DNA of 20,000 nucleotides from Promethearchaeum syntrophicum (GCF_008000775.2 NZ_CP042905.2:2816998-2836997); one strand, 5' to 3'. Counted from the first letter of the stretch, positions 6,395 through 14,395 are shown. Notes: generated by a model from the sequence alone, not told the origin. Numbers and translations: made by a program.

Positions 6395-7552
6395 CTAATT
6401 ATTTTTCAAATCCGATTTCAAAGATCCCAAAACTTGATTAATGTAAAAATCTTCATCAATTATCCAATTTTGTGTTTTTTCATCCCAAGCATCGGCGTTG
6501 AGTAAGTATGTTTGAGTTCGTGGAGAATCGATATAATTAATGTGAAGTTCTTGAAGTTTTGGACGTAAGTAAAATAATAAATCAGACATTTGTGAAGTTG
6601 GTAAATGTAGGTACCAATATAGCTTATATCCATCAATTTTTAAAGTAGATAAAAAAGGAATTGGATTCAGTTCCATTAGAGTTTTTATTTTTTGTAATTC
6701 TTTTTCTTCTCCATACCCCCAGATGAGAAAAGTATTTAGAATATCAAAATTTATTGGGTTGATTATTGCACGATGAGTTTCAATACATTCTTCTTTAACC
6801 AATTTTAATCGCCTACTAAAGGTTGGGTCCGAAATTTCCCATCCTCGTGTCTTTAGTTTAGCGATCATATCAGAATTTTTTCTTCTGGCATTCCAGGATA
6901 ATTCTCCAATAATTGCAATATCTTGTTTTTTTATCCAATTTTTAGCACTCCCAGGTATTTCCAATTGTTTTATTGAATGGTTAGATGTTATAGGTGCAGT
7001 TCTATTATTTTTTTCAAACCAGTCTTCCCAACTAAAATTCCAACTTAGATATTCAGAGTCCCATGCATCAATTTTTATCGTTGAATATACTGATGGTACT
7101 GAATATTGTAAAATTTTAAAATCATCAATTTGTCCAAAATTTTTCATTTTTTGGAATAAAGTTCGGATCAAATTATCAGAACCAATAGGATTTGTTAATT
7201 GAATAAGCATTCCATTTACATCCCCATAAGTCCTATTGTAGAACACAATATATGGATGTTCATCACCTAATTTCTTGATTATTTGAAGTTTTTTTTCAGA
7301 GTCTGCTTTTACTATGACATCTACACGTTGTAACCCTAAATTATAGAGATGCGGAAGGCTTTTTACTTGAAAATATGGTATAGAATTTGGTGGTCCTTCT
7401 AATTTCTTCACAATTCCGAACACAACAGATTTAGATAAATCAGTCATAGAAGCTAGTTCATCATATGTTGCTAAAGGTTTCTCTTCAAGAGCAATAAGTA
7501 CCCGCTTTTCACGTATAGACAATTGACTGATTTTGCTTTTCTTTTGTTCCAC
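6395..7552 (-). CDS. Tandem-duplicated Lrp/AsnC-like regulator (2 x [winged HTH + effector-binding alpha/beta domain])
   Basis: First half: N-terminal wHTH LSIREKRVLIALEEKPLATYDELASMTDLSKSVVFGIVKKLEG, then LGLQRVDVIVKA...HPYIVFYNRTYGDVNGMLIQL (RAM-like). Second half repeats the pattern: QDIAIIGELSWNARRKNSDMIAKL..SDPTFSRRLKLVKEECIETHRAIINP..FLIWGYG. Both halves end alike (IDAWDSEYLSWNF against ADAWDEKTQNWII). Confidence 0.6.
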   Translation of the reverse strand: MEQKKSKISQLSIREKRVLIALEEKPLATYDELASMTDLSKSVVFGIVKKLEGPPNSIPYFQVKSLPHLYNLGLQRVDVIVKADSEKKLQIIKKLGDEHPYIVFYNRTYGDVNGMLIQLTNPIGSDNLIRTLFQKMKNFGQIDDFKILQYSVPSVYSTIKIDAWDSEYLSWNFSWEDWFEKNNRTAPITSNHSIKQLEIPGSAKNWIKKQDIAIIGELSWNARRKNSDMIAKLKTRGWEISDPTFSRRLKLVKEECIETHRAIINPINFDILNTFLIWGYGEEKELQKIKTLMELNPIPFLSTLKIDGYKLYWYLHLPTSQMSDLLFYLRPKLQELHINYIDSPRTQTYLLNADAWDEKTQNWIIDEDFYINQVLGSLKSDLKNN

Positions 7553-7677
7553 TTTATCTCCCTCTTCCTTGGTTAAAAAATTACCATATTTTGACTTTCA
7601 AAAAAGATAAAAATTTTTTATTAAATTGTTCATGGACATACATATTTTGTTTATGTTTTTAAAACGAAATTTTAACT

Positions 7678-8085
7678 TTAGATTATGAAATTAGGGACGC
7701 CGCCGCCACCGTCATCTTTCGTTACTGATAAATCAATTTGATTTGGGACGCCACCGCCACCATCATCTTTGAATATTAGGTTAATTAAATTTGGAACGCC
7801 ACCGCCACCATCATCTTTGATTATTAGGTTAATTAAATTTGGAACGCCACCGCCACCATCATCTTTGAATAATAGGTTAATTAGATTTGGAACGCCACCG
7901 CCACCATCATCTTTAAATATCAGGAAAATTAGATTATAAGTTCCATTGACCTCTCTATCTTCTTTTATTGAAGTGTTTGTATTGTCAATATTAATTCCAT
8001 TTATTGATACTACCGTTAAAAAGCTAATTGCTGTGACCAGTGACAGCACTAATACGATTTTTGAAATTTTTTTACTTGATCTCAT
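7678..8085 (-). CDS. Secreted or membrane-anchored protein with five tandem KDDGGGGVPN units
   Basis: Signal/anchor MRSSKKISKIVLVLSLVTAISFLTVVSING, then a linker, then 5 x KDDGGGGVPN with hydrophobic spacers (LINLLF, LINLII, LINLIF, QIDLSVT), ending in VPNFII-stop. A TTTTTATAC TATA-like element lies 32-40 nt upstream of the ATG. Confidence 0.7.
   Translation of the reverse strand: MRSSKKISKIVLVLSLVTAISFLTVVSINGINIDNTNTSIKEDREVNGTYNLIFLIFKDDGGGGVPNLINLLFKDDGGGGVPNLINLIIKDDGGGGVPNLINLIFKDDGGGGVPNQIDLSVTKDDGGGGVPNFII
7681..7935 (-). repeat. In-frame tandem repeat, 48-bp period, about 5 copies
   Basis: Copies begin at about 7690, 7742, 7790, 7838 and 7886. The three copies at 7790, 7838 and 7886 share an identical first 30 nt (tttggaacgccaccgccaccatcatctttg); the 7742 copy differs by one base and the 7690 copy is more diverged. 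Confidence 0.9.
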
Positions 8086-8732
8086 TTTTAATACCTATTT
8101 ATATTGGAAAGGTTTAAGTATAAAAATTTTTTGTCGATTTTTTCATTTTTACATTATTGTATTCTTATGAAATATATGATGAAAAATAGAAAATCTAAAA
8201 AATTTTATGAATAATTAATTTAAAATATCAAAATAATAATAGAATTAGATAGATTAGAGAAAACTACTAAATTTTATTTTATTATCTCGATGAATTTTCA
8301 AGATTAAATATGAAGGGAAATTCTCGTCATTTAAAAACAAAAAAAACAAAACAAATATTTAAATATTCTATGAGCGTTTTATCATTTAGTTAAACAAAAC
8401 GAAGGTCATTTAAGTGAATACTTGGAAAGAAGAGATTTCTTTAAACTTTGGGTATAATTCCCGATTACACGAAAGAACGGAAGCAATCCAAGAATATCTT
8501 AAGTCAATATTTATTGCCGTTACAGAAATTGCAGTTTAATCGGGATTAAAAATAGTATTTCGACTCATGACAAAAATCGACAAAAAAATTTTTTAAATGG
8601 AAAAGCAAATTTGGGAAATTAATCGGGTTAATTATATCTTCAGCTTCAATTGATAGGAATAATTGGGAACAAGGAAAAGAAATTGTTGTTATTTGAAATA
8701 AAATATAAGATAAAACGGGGTGTGTATTAAGC

Positions 8733-9038
8733 GTGAATTTAGGATTTAATAGATCAACCTATCATTCAAGAACAATAAGCGTAATTATTCCCAAGCTTGA
8801 TAAATGTTTAAATGATGGAATTTCTTACATGGAAAAGCACAAACCGACAAAGAATACAGTTCGGACAGTTTTTTTATTTGAGAAAAAATTTGACCTTTTC
8901 CGGGCACAAATTGACAATTATAATATATTACCGATAAACACTCAGAATCTTGAAACGAAATATCGACATCTCAAAGAAAAATGGTTATTAGATTATGAAA
9001 GAAGTCTCAAAAAAAGTAAAGAAACTAACGGAAACTAA
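8733..9038 (+). CDS. Hypothetical protein (possibly the 5' part of a frameshifted gene)
   Basis: 101-aa ORF with GTG start and no recognisable motif. It overlaps the next ORF by 44 nt in a different frame. Confidence 0.4.
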   Translation: MNLGFNRSTYHSRTISVIIPKLDKCLNDGISYMEKHKPTKNTVRTVFLFEKKFDLFRAQIDNYNILPINTQNLETKYRHLKEKWLLDYERSLKKSKETNGN

Positions 9039-9207
9039 TAAAAAGATCCTGAAAGATCAACCGCAAAATTCCTTCAGTGCAAAGCAGAAGATTAAAATTG
9101 AGAACGAAAATCAGGAATTATCACCAATTGCACTTATGAGACATCGAATCGAGGAAATGAACAGAAAGCTATTGGAAAAACGCAATCAAGGAAAAATGCA
9201 TAAATAG
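8995..9207 (+). CDS. Hypothetical K/E-rich protein (possibly the 3' part of the same gene as 8733-9038)
   Basis: 70-aa ORF, charged and probably helical. It overlaps the preceding ORF, and an A7 run lies in the overlap. Confidence 0.35.
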   Translation: MKEVSKKVKKLTETNKKILKDQPQNSFSAKQKIKIENENQELSPIALMRHRIEEMNRKLLEKRNQGKMHK

Positions 9208-9245
9208 CAGAAAAAAATTAGAGATTAACAAGATTTGGTCTAGGG

Positions 9246-9551
9246 TTACCATTGATATTTTTTCAAATTTACCTTAAAATCATTGATAAATTCAATACCC
9301 TCCATTTCAAGTAATTCCTTTTGGGTGTTTTTACCATCTTCAGATTTCATAGCGATTATGCCTTTGGAGTTTATAACGCGATGCCAAGGAAGATCATATT
9401 TTTGGGAAGATGAATGTAAGATCCAAGATACTTGTCTTGCACTCCTTGGATTTCCAGCGAGAACTGCGATATTACCGTAGGTAGTAACCTTTCCTTTTGG
9501 AATTTGTTTGATAATTTTAATAACACTATTCGTAAAATCAGATATTGGCAC
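9246..9551 (-). CDS. Alkyltransferase-like (ATL) protein: MGMT DNA-binding domain without the catalytic cysteine
   Basis: GKVTTYGNIAVLAGNPRSARQVSWIL...DLPWHRVINSKG matches the O6-alkylguanine-DNA alkyltransferase C-terminal domain. The PCHR active site reads PWHR, which is the ATL signature. The protein is only 101 aa, with no N-terminal MGMT domain. Confidence 0.85.
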   Translation of the reverse strand: MPISDFTNSVIKIIKQIPKGKVTTYGNIAVLAGNPRSARQVSWILHSSSQKYDLPWHRVINSKGIIAMKSEDGKNTQKELLEMEGIEFINDFKVNLKKYQW

Positions 9552-9637
9552 GAGAATTCTAATTAAATTTTAGTTAAATATTTAATGGGAAAAATGATAT
9601 GGAAAAAAAAAAAAGAAAATAGATTCTTGATTCGTTT

Positions 9638-10927
9638 CTATAACAAATTCATCATTTTTTTCAAATTTCCACTCATAATGAGTTTCATAACACCACGAGA
9701 ACCACCGATAACTTCTTGAATATTGGATGCTCCCGTTAAACGTGCGAGTCGAGTATTATCAGTCACAGAGACACCACCCATTAGTTGTTGCGTTTCATAA
9801 GCACATTCTGCAGCCAGTTTTGCACATAAGAATTTAATTTGGCCAGACCATTGAGCGCTTGCTTTATGAATTTCCTTTGGAACATTTTCGGCTTTTAATA
9901 CTTTCTCATCATAGATTTCTGCTATTTTAAATGCTGCCATTGTGGCTGACGAAACACGATAAAGTAAATCTGCGAAAGGATAGGAAACTGCTTGATATTT
10001 CATAATCGGTTTACCGAATTGATTTCTCATATTAGAATAAATTATCCCATTAATTAAGGCACCCCAGCATATACCAAGATTGGCACCAGTAATGACTAAA
10101 CGTTCGGGAACAAGACCATCAAATAAATATCGATATCCCTTTCCAGGTTGTCCTAAAATATATTCTTTAGGAACTTTTGCTGCGTTATAATAGGTTTTTC
10201 CAATATGCACTCTGTTTACAACATTAATATTTAATCTTTCAGTTGTAATTCCCCAATCTCTTTTTAATATAGCTTGGACCATGGTTCCTCTAGGGTCTCC
10301 ATTATCAACGCAAGCATATCCTAAGAAATAATCCGCTTTTGGGCCATTGGTAGTAAAGATTTTAGTTCCCGTAAATTTATATCCATCCTCAACCACATCA
10401 GCATGGCATTCCATATTTACTGTGTCTGTTCCATGATTTTCTTCAGTCATGGCAATACAACCAATTTTATTACCCGACCATAGATCATCTTGAACTTTTT
10501 GAATCTCAGGGGTTGTTCCATGTTGGAATGTAGGATTTCCACATAAAATGCTTGATGCTGTCCTAGCGAGTTCCATTTCAGGATCCATCATACCGTTATT
10601 AATTGCTAAAAGCATTTCATATTTACAACCTGCATCTGTAAATTCTTTCCATGGATTGAGTCTTTGCATAAATCCTCGTTTTCCATAATGTGGAAATAGT
10701 TCATATACATCTTTGGCAAAATCAATTTTTGGTTCAAGGTCAATACAAAACTCCTGTATTTCTCTAACAAACGCTTTTTCTTTATCACTTAGAAGTAAAT
10801 CAAGCTGCGAGTTAAGGATTTTATATGTATTTGCAAGACTTAATTTTTCTTCAATTTCTGGGGGAATAATTTTTACTTTTTCATTCATTTTAAATAAACT
10901 CCATAAAGATGCCTCAAAAAAAGGCAA
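9638..10927 (-). CDS. Acyl-CoA dehydrogenase family flavoprotein
   Basis: LSDKEKAFVREIQEF resembles the N-terminal helical-domain opening. GCIAMTEENHGTDTVNMECHA matches the A-x-TE-x-x-GSD-like motif. YKFTGTKIFTTNG matches the G-x-K-x-[FW]-I-[TS]-N motif. The C-terminal helical domain contains QEVIGGS. ATG at 10888 (MNEKVKII) is an alternative start. Confidence 0.85.
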   Translation of the reverse strand: MPFFEASLWSLFKMNEKVKIIPPEIEEKLSLANTYKILNSQLDLLLSDKEKAFVREIQEFCIDLEPKIDFAKDVYELFPHYGKRGFMQRLNPWKEFTDAGCKYEMLLAINNGMMDPEMELARTASSILCGNPTFQHGTTPEIQKVQDDLWSGNKIGCIAMTEENHGTDTVNMECHADVVEDGYKFTGTKIFTTNGPKADYFLGYACVDNGDPRGTMVQAILKRDWGITTERLNINVVNRVHIGKTYYNAAKVPKEYILGQPGKGYRYLFDGLVPERLVITGANLGICWGALINGIIYSNMRNQFGKPIMKYQAVSYPFADLLYRVSSATMAAFKIAEIYDEKVLKAENVPKEIHKASAQWSGQIKFLCAKLAAECAYETQQLMGGVSVTDNTRLARLTGASNIQEVIGGSRGVMKLIMSGNLKKMMNLL

Positions 10928-11018
10928 TATGTCAATTTTTGATTGTTTATTAATAAATATTTTTTAATGATTAATTGGAAATAAGTAGGAAAGAAATTGA
11001 AAAAAAGAAATTTAATAC

Positions 11019-12653
11019 TTAGGATTTTGGATAAATTGGTTTCAAACCTGTTTGGAAATGGCGAAGACTAAGCTCTGCACCTCGTGCTATTCGTACTTTC
11101 GGAATTTTCTCTTTATTCTTAAATAATTCTGAAATAGCCGCAACAGTATAATCGATATCTGACCTGCTATATGCATTTCTAGGTATCGCAAATCTTACTA
11201 AATTAAGTATACTCTTTCGTTGTTCTTCACTTCTCTGGTCCCATTCAAAAGCAAAAGGACCGAGTTCACAAGCCCTAATTCCATAATGCTTTAATAATTC
11301 TATTGTGAAACCAACTCCACCAAAATTTTTAGTTTTCATAGCTGTTCCAATAAAGAACTTATCCATATCAATATAAACTGCATGCCCTCCAGCGGGGAGA
11401 ATGACAGGAATATTATTTTCAGCTAGTCTTTTCGCAAAATATTGAGTTAATCCTATTCTGGACTTAAGATAGGATAATTTAACGACTTCTTGCAACCCTA
11501 CGGCAAGTGCCATAATATCACGACCACTTAAACCGCCATATGAATCATTACCAATAGTTACTATCTGTCTTTCCTTAATTCTAATTCCAATATTTTTTCC
11601 ATTAATTGAGTATTTTTTAACAAAAACACCATTATCTCGAAGAAAAAGCGCGCCTCCCATGTTTCCAAGACCGTCTTTTTTCAAACTAATAGTAAATCCA
11701 TCAACGTAGGAGAACATTTCTTTTATGATTTCACGAATGGATACATTCTTAAATTCTTCTTCAAATTTCTGAATAAAATAAGCATTTTCAGCAAACCGGC
11801 AAGCATCGAAAAAGTAAGGAATCCCATATTTTGTAGCAATTTCTTTAGCGGCCCGGATATTTGCCATAGATACAGGTTGACCTGCTATTGAATTATTTGT
11901 TATAGTAATATATATAAGGGGAATACTATCTGGACCTTTTTGATTTATTATTTCTTCCAACTGCTTTATATCCATATTGCCTTTGAATGGATTTCGCAAA
12001 TCCATCTCTTTATATGGAAAGGGTTCGAGTACAACTGATTTATCAAATACATTAATAGGTTCTATATGAACTGCACGAATATTAGCCCCTGTTGTATCAA
12101 AATGACCATTATTTGGAATATAATATTTACGATTCGGATTAATTTCATGCAGAACTTCGGCCAATGTTGAGAATAATAAATATTCAGAGACTCTTCCCTG
12201 AGGAACGATGAAAGTATTAGGGCGGGATAATTGATGAACTCCTCCATTTACAAATCCCCCTTCAGAGGAGGTTAAATATACTTCATTCATTAGCTTGTTT
12301 ACATTGTCTTCACCGGAAAGAATTAAATTTACTAATTTTTCTGGTTTATCCCCTCTTTCAAAAACATCGCGGAAAGCATCTAGTAATACATAGTACCCTT
12401 TATTTCGCCCATAAGATTCATCTCCATGCAATAATGCAGCCCATTGGAGATCAGACATTGATGTAGATCCACTATCTGATAAATAGTCTAAGGTTAGGAG
12501 ATCTGCTGGAAAGGAAAACATATTATACTCCGTTTCTATCAAAGCACGTTCTCTTTGATCTTCTCGAACATCTTTATAATTGCGAATTACATAAGCCTTA
12601 TGATCTGGAACTGGAACACCTAATTCATTCATTTTTTTCATATATATCATCAT
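11019..12653 (-). CDS. Tryptophanase / tyrosine phenol-lyase family PLP-dependent beta-eliminating lyase
   Basis: Collinear with my recollection of E. coli TnaA: DYLSDSGSTSMSDLQWAALLHGDESY (TnaA DLLTDSGTGA...GDEAY), ITNNSIAGQPVSMANI, DACRFAENAYFIQ, PLP-lysine region SLKKDGLGNMGGALFLRD (TnaA SAKKDAMVPMGG), YGGLSGRDIMALAVGL, AGGHAVYID, RFAIPRNAYS, LRHFQ. Confidence 0.9.
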   Translation of the reverse strand: MMIYMKKMNELGVPVPDHKAYVIRNYKDVREDQRERALIETEYNMFSFPADLLTLDYLSDSGSTSMSDLQWAALLHGDESYGRNKGYYVLLDAFRDVFERGDKPEKLVNLILSGEDNVNKLMNEVYLTSSEGGFVNGGVHQLSRPNTFIVPQGRVSEYLLFSTLAEVLHEINPNRKYYIPNNGHFDTTGANIRAVHIEPINVFDKSVVLEPFPYKEMDLRNPFKGNMDIKQLEEIINQKGPDSIPLIYITITNNSIAGQPVSMANIRAAKEIATKYGIPYFFDACRFAENAYFIQKFEEEFKNVSIREIIKEMFSYVDGFTISLKKDGLGNMGGALFLRDNGVFVKKYSINGKNIGIRIKERQIVTIGNDSYGGLSGRDIMALAVGLQEVVKLSYLKSRIGLTQYFAKRLAENNIPVILPAGGHAVYIDMDKFFIGTAMKTKNFGGVGFTIELLKHYGIRACELGPFAFEWDQRSEEQRKSILNLVRFAIPRNAYSRSDIDYTVAAISELFKNKEKIPKVRIARGAELSLRHFQTGLKPIYPKS

Positions 12654-12751
12654 TTAATTATTACTACAAATTCCAAATAATTTTGATAATTAATACAACC
12701 TCGTCTATTATAAAAATTATTATAAAAATTAGAATCTAATAGTAACTGAGA

Positions 12752-14395
12752 ATGAATAATCTAACAATCACAATTATAATTAATCTTATGGTTTCATTGG
12801 TTTTTATACTATATTCTTTAATACTATATCAATCTCAAAGAAAAAAACAAGAAATTACCGCAGATATTTCAAAAAAAGAGAAGGAATTTCAAACTTTAGA
12901 TGATTACTTCAAAAAGATGGAAGTACTTGTAATTCGAAAAAAAATATCTATGATTGGTCCTCCGAAAAAAGCTCCTCCGATAAAAAAGGAGCGAAGTCCG
13001 CTAGTTATTCAAAAAGATGAGGAATTTATAATTAAAGATGGGGAAAATCTCTTAAATAATCTTGAAAAAGAGTTAAAGGATGCAATGCCAAGAAATGCAA
13101 TCGAATATAAAAGAGACTTAAATACCCTATTAGAAGTTATTTCTAGTTTAGAATCTATGGATGCTTCTCATTATGGAGGTTTAACAGAAGAACCAGAAGA
13201 CATGGGGAAGGGAATGCTTTATGATTCAATATCCAGAAAATTAGATAAAATTATTAAAATATATAAATTTGATGAGTTATATTTCATTCAAGCAGAAAAA
13301 TTGGAGAATTTCGCATTTAAACAAATAAAAAGATTAGAACATAAAGATTTTGAGAAAACACTTGAGATTATGAAAGAAATTGGAAAAATCAATCAAATTA
13401 TTGAAATTGGGCCGCATATCAAGCTGCTAACATTTCATGAAAATCTAAAAGTAAATACTTCTGAAAAAGTTATAATTTCCCTTTATACAGAACATAATCT
13501 GTCAAAAATTGAAGATATTCAAAAAAGAACCTTGTGGAAACCTAGTTTTTTAAATGCTGTTTTACAAAAAATGCAGTCAAAAAAAATATTGGATTTAGAT
13601 TTGCAGGAGCAAATAATTAGTATTAAGGGAATAATATCATCATCCGAACGTTTTGAAAGAAATCAAAAATTAGAGGAAATCATTAAAAATAAAATCAAAA
13701 AGGAAAAAGATAGTAAAAAACTCCTGGGTGATCAACAGCAACATAATATTACCTTAAATAGGAAAAAATCACGAATACAGCAAGAAGAATTAAAAGTTCA
13801 ACAAACGGAATTACTAGCAGAAGCGAAAAAGGAAGCAAAAAAACTATCAAAAATTCATCGAAAAGAAGCAGAAAAACAATCAAAAATCGAAGATAAAGAA
13901 AGAAAAAAGATATTAATAAGCGAAAAAAGTGTTACTGAAGAGGGAGAAAAAACGAACGAAAATCAAAAATTGGTTAAAGAAATTGAAAAGATTTTCAAAA
14001 ATATTAGTAAAATTACAGGTGGAATTATTACTTTCTCTACCTTGCTTAAAATTCTTAAAAATGGGGCATTTCCTAAATTAAAAAAAAATGAATTGTTAAA
14101 TTCTATTAAATTTCTGAAAGAGAAAGAGAGTATTATTGATGAATTATCATTTTCCGGAGTTAAAATTTATAGTTTTGGTGATGCCGTAATTGATGATGAC
14201 ATGAAACGACTAATAGAACAATTTGTTGAAGATGAAGAATTGAATGAGGAGGAAATAGGAGTTGTTATTGATGATTGGGGTAGTAAAAAGATAAAAAAGG
14301 TGATTAAAAAATTCGAGGATCAAAACCTTATCAAAAAAGATAAGAAAAATCGCTATTACTTACCGGGGCTAATCAATGCAAAAAAAAAAAAATAA
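12752..14395 (+). CDS. Membrane-anchored protein with two EAP30 (ESCRT-II Vps22/Vps36)-like tandem winged-helix modules separated by a K/E-rich coiled coil
   Basis: N-terminal TM ITIIINLMVSLVFILYSLILY. C-terminal module (nt ~14010-14380): GGIITFSTLLKIL..ELLNSIKFLKEKE..SGVKIYSF..DDWGSKKIKKVIKKFEDQNLIKKDKKNRYYLPGL follows human SNF8/EAP30 as I recall it (GGLITLEEL..DDLIRAIKKLKALG..GGTYLIQS..KWETERARQVLEHLLKEGLAWLD..HYWLPALF). A weaker second copy lies at nt ~13200-13640 (..FEKTLEIMKEIGKINQIIEIGPHIKLLTF..LSKIEDIQKRTLWKPSFLNAVLQKMQSKKILDLD). Confidence 0.6.
   Translation: MNNLTITIIINLMVSLVFILYSLILYQSQRKKQEITADISKKEKEFQTLDDYFKKMEVLVIRKKISMIGPPKKAPPIKKERSPLVIQKDEEFIIKDGENLLNNLEKELKDAMPRNAIEYKRDLNTLLEVISSLESMDASHYGGLTEEPEDMGKGMLYDSISRKLDKIIKIYKFDELYFIQAEKLENFAFKQIKRLEHKDFEKTLEIMKEIGKINQIIEIGPHIKLLTFHENLKVNTSEKVIISLYTEHNLSKIEDIQKRTLWKPSFLNAVLQKMQSKKILDLDLQEQIISIKGIISSSERFERNQKLEEIIKNKIKKEKDSKKLLGDQQQHNITLNRKKSRIQQEELKVQQTELLAEAKKEAKKLSKIHRKEAEKQSKIEDKERKKILISEKSVTEEGEKTNENQKLVKEIEKIFKNISKITGGIITFSTLLKILKNGAFPKLKKNELLNSIKFLKEKESIIDELSFSGVKIYSFGDAVIDDDMKRLIEQFVEDEELNEEEIGVVIDDWGSKKIKKVIKKFEDQNLIKKDKKNRYYLPGLINAKKKK

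Noticed and set aside
7681-7935. Regularly spaced 48-bp repeats that could be mistaken for a CRISPR array
   Set aside because: The repeats are directly adjacent, with no unique spacers. The period is a multiple of three and lies in frame inside an ORF with a signal peptide, and no cas genes are nearby. It is a coding tandem repeat.
8414-8539. 41-aa GTG-initiated ORF (VNTWKEEISLNFGYNSRLHERTEAIQEYLKSIFIAVTEIAV) in the 650-bp intergenic region
   Set aside because: EAIQEYLKSIF vaguely recalls the N-terminus of DtxR/MntR-type regulators. The ORF is too short, has no clear start context and has no supporting motif, so it is not reported as a feature.
8122-8594. Inverted repeat aaaaattttttgtcgattttttcat (8122-8146) against atgacaaaaatcgacaaaaaaatttttt (8567-8594), possibly MITE termini
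   Set aside because: Apart from the GTCGA core, the match consists of A/T homopolymer runs, which are abundant in this genome. It needs an indel to align, and I saw no target-site duplication or transposase. It is most likely chance low-complexity similarity.
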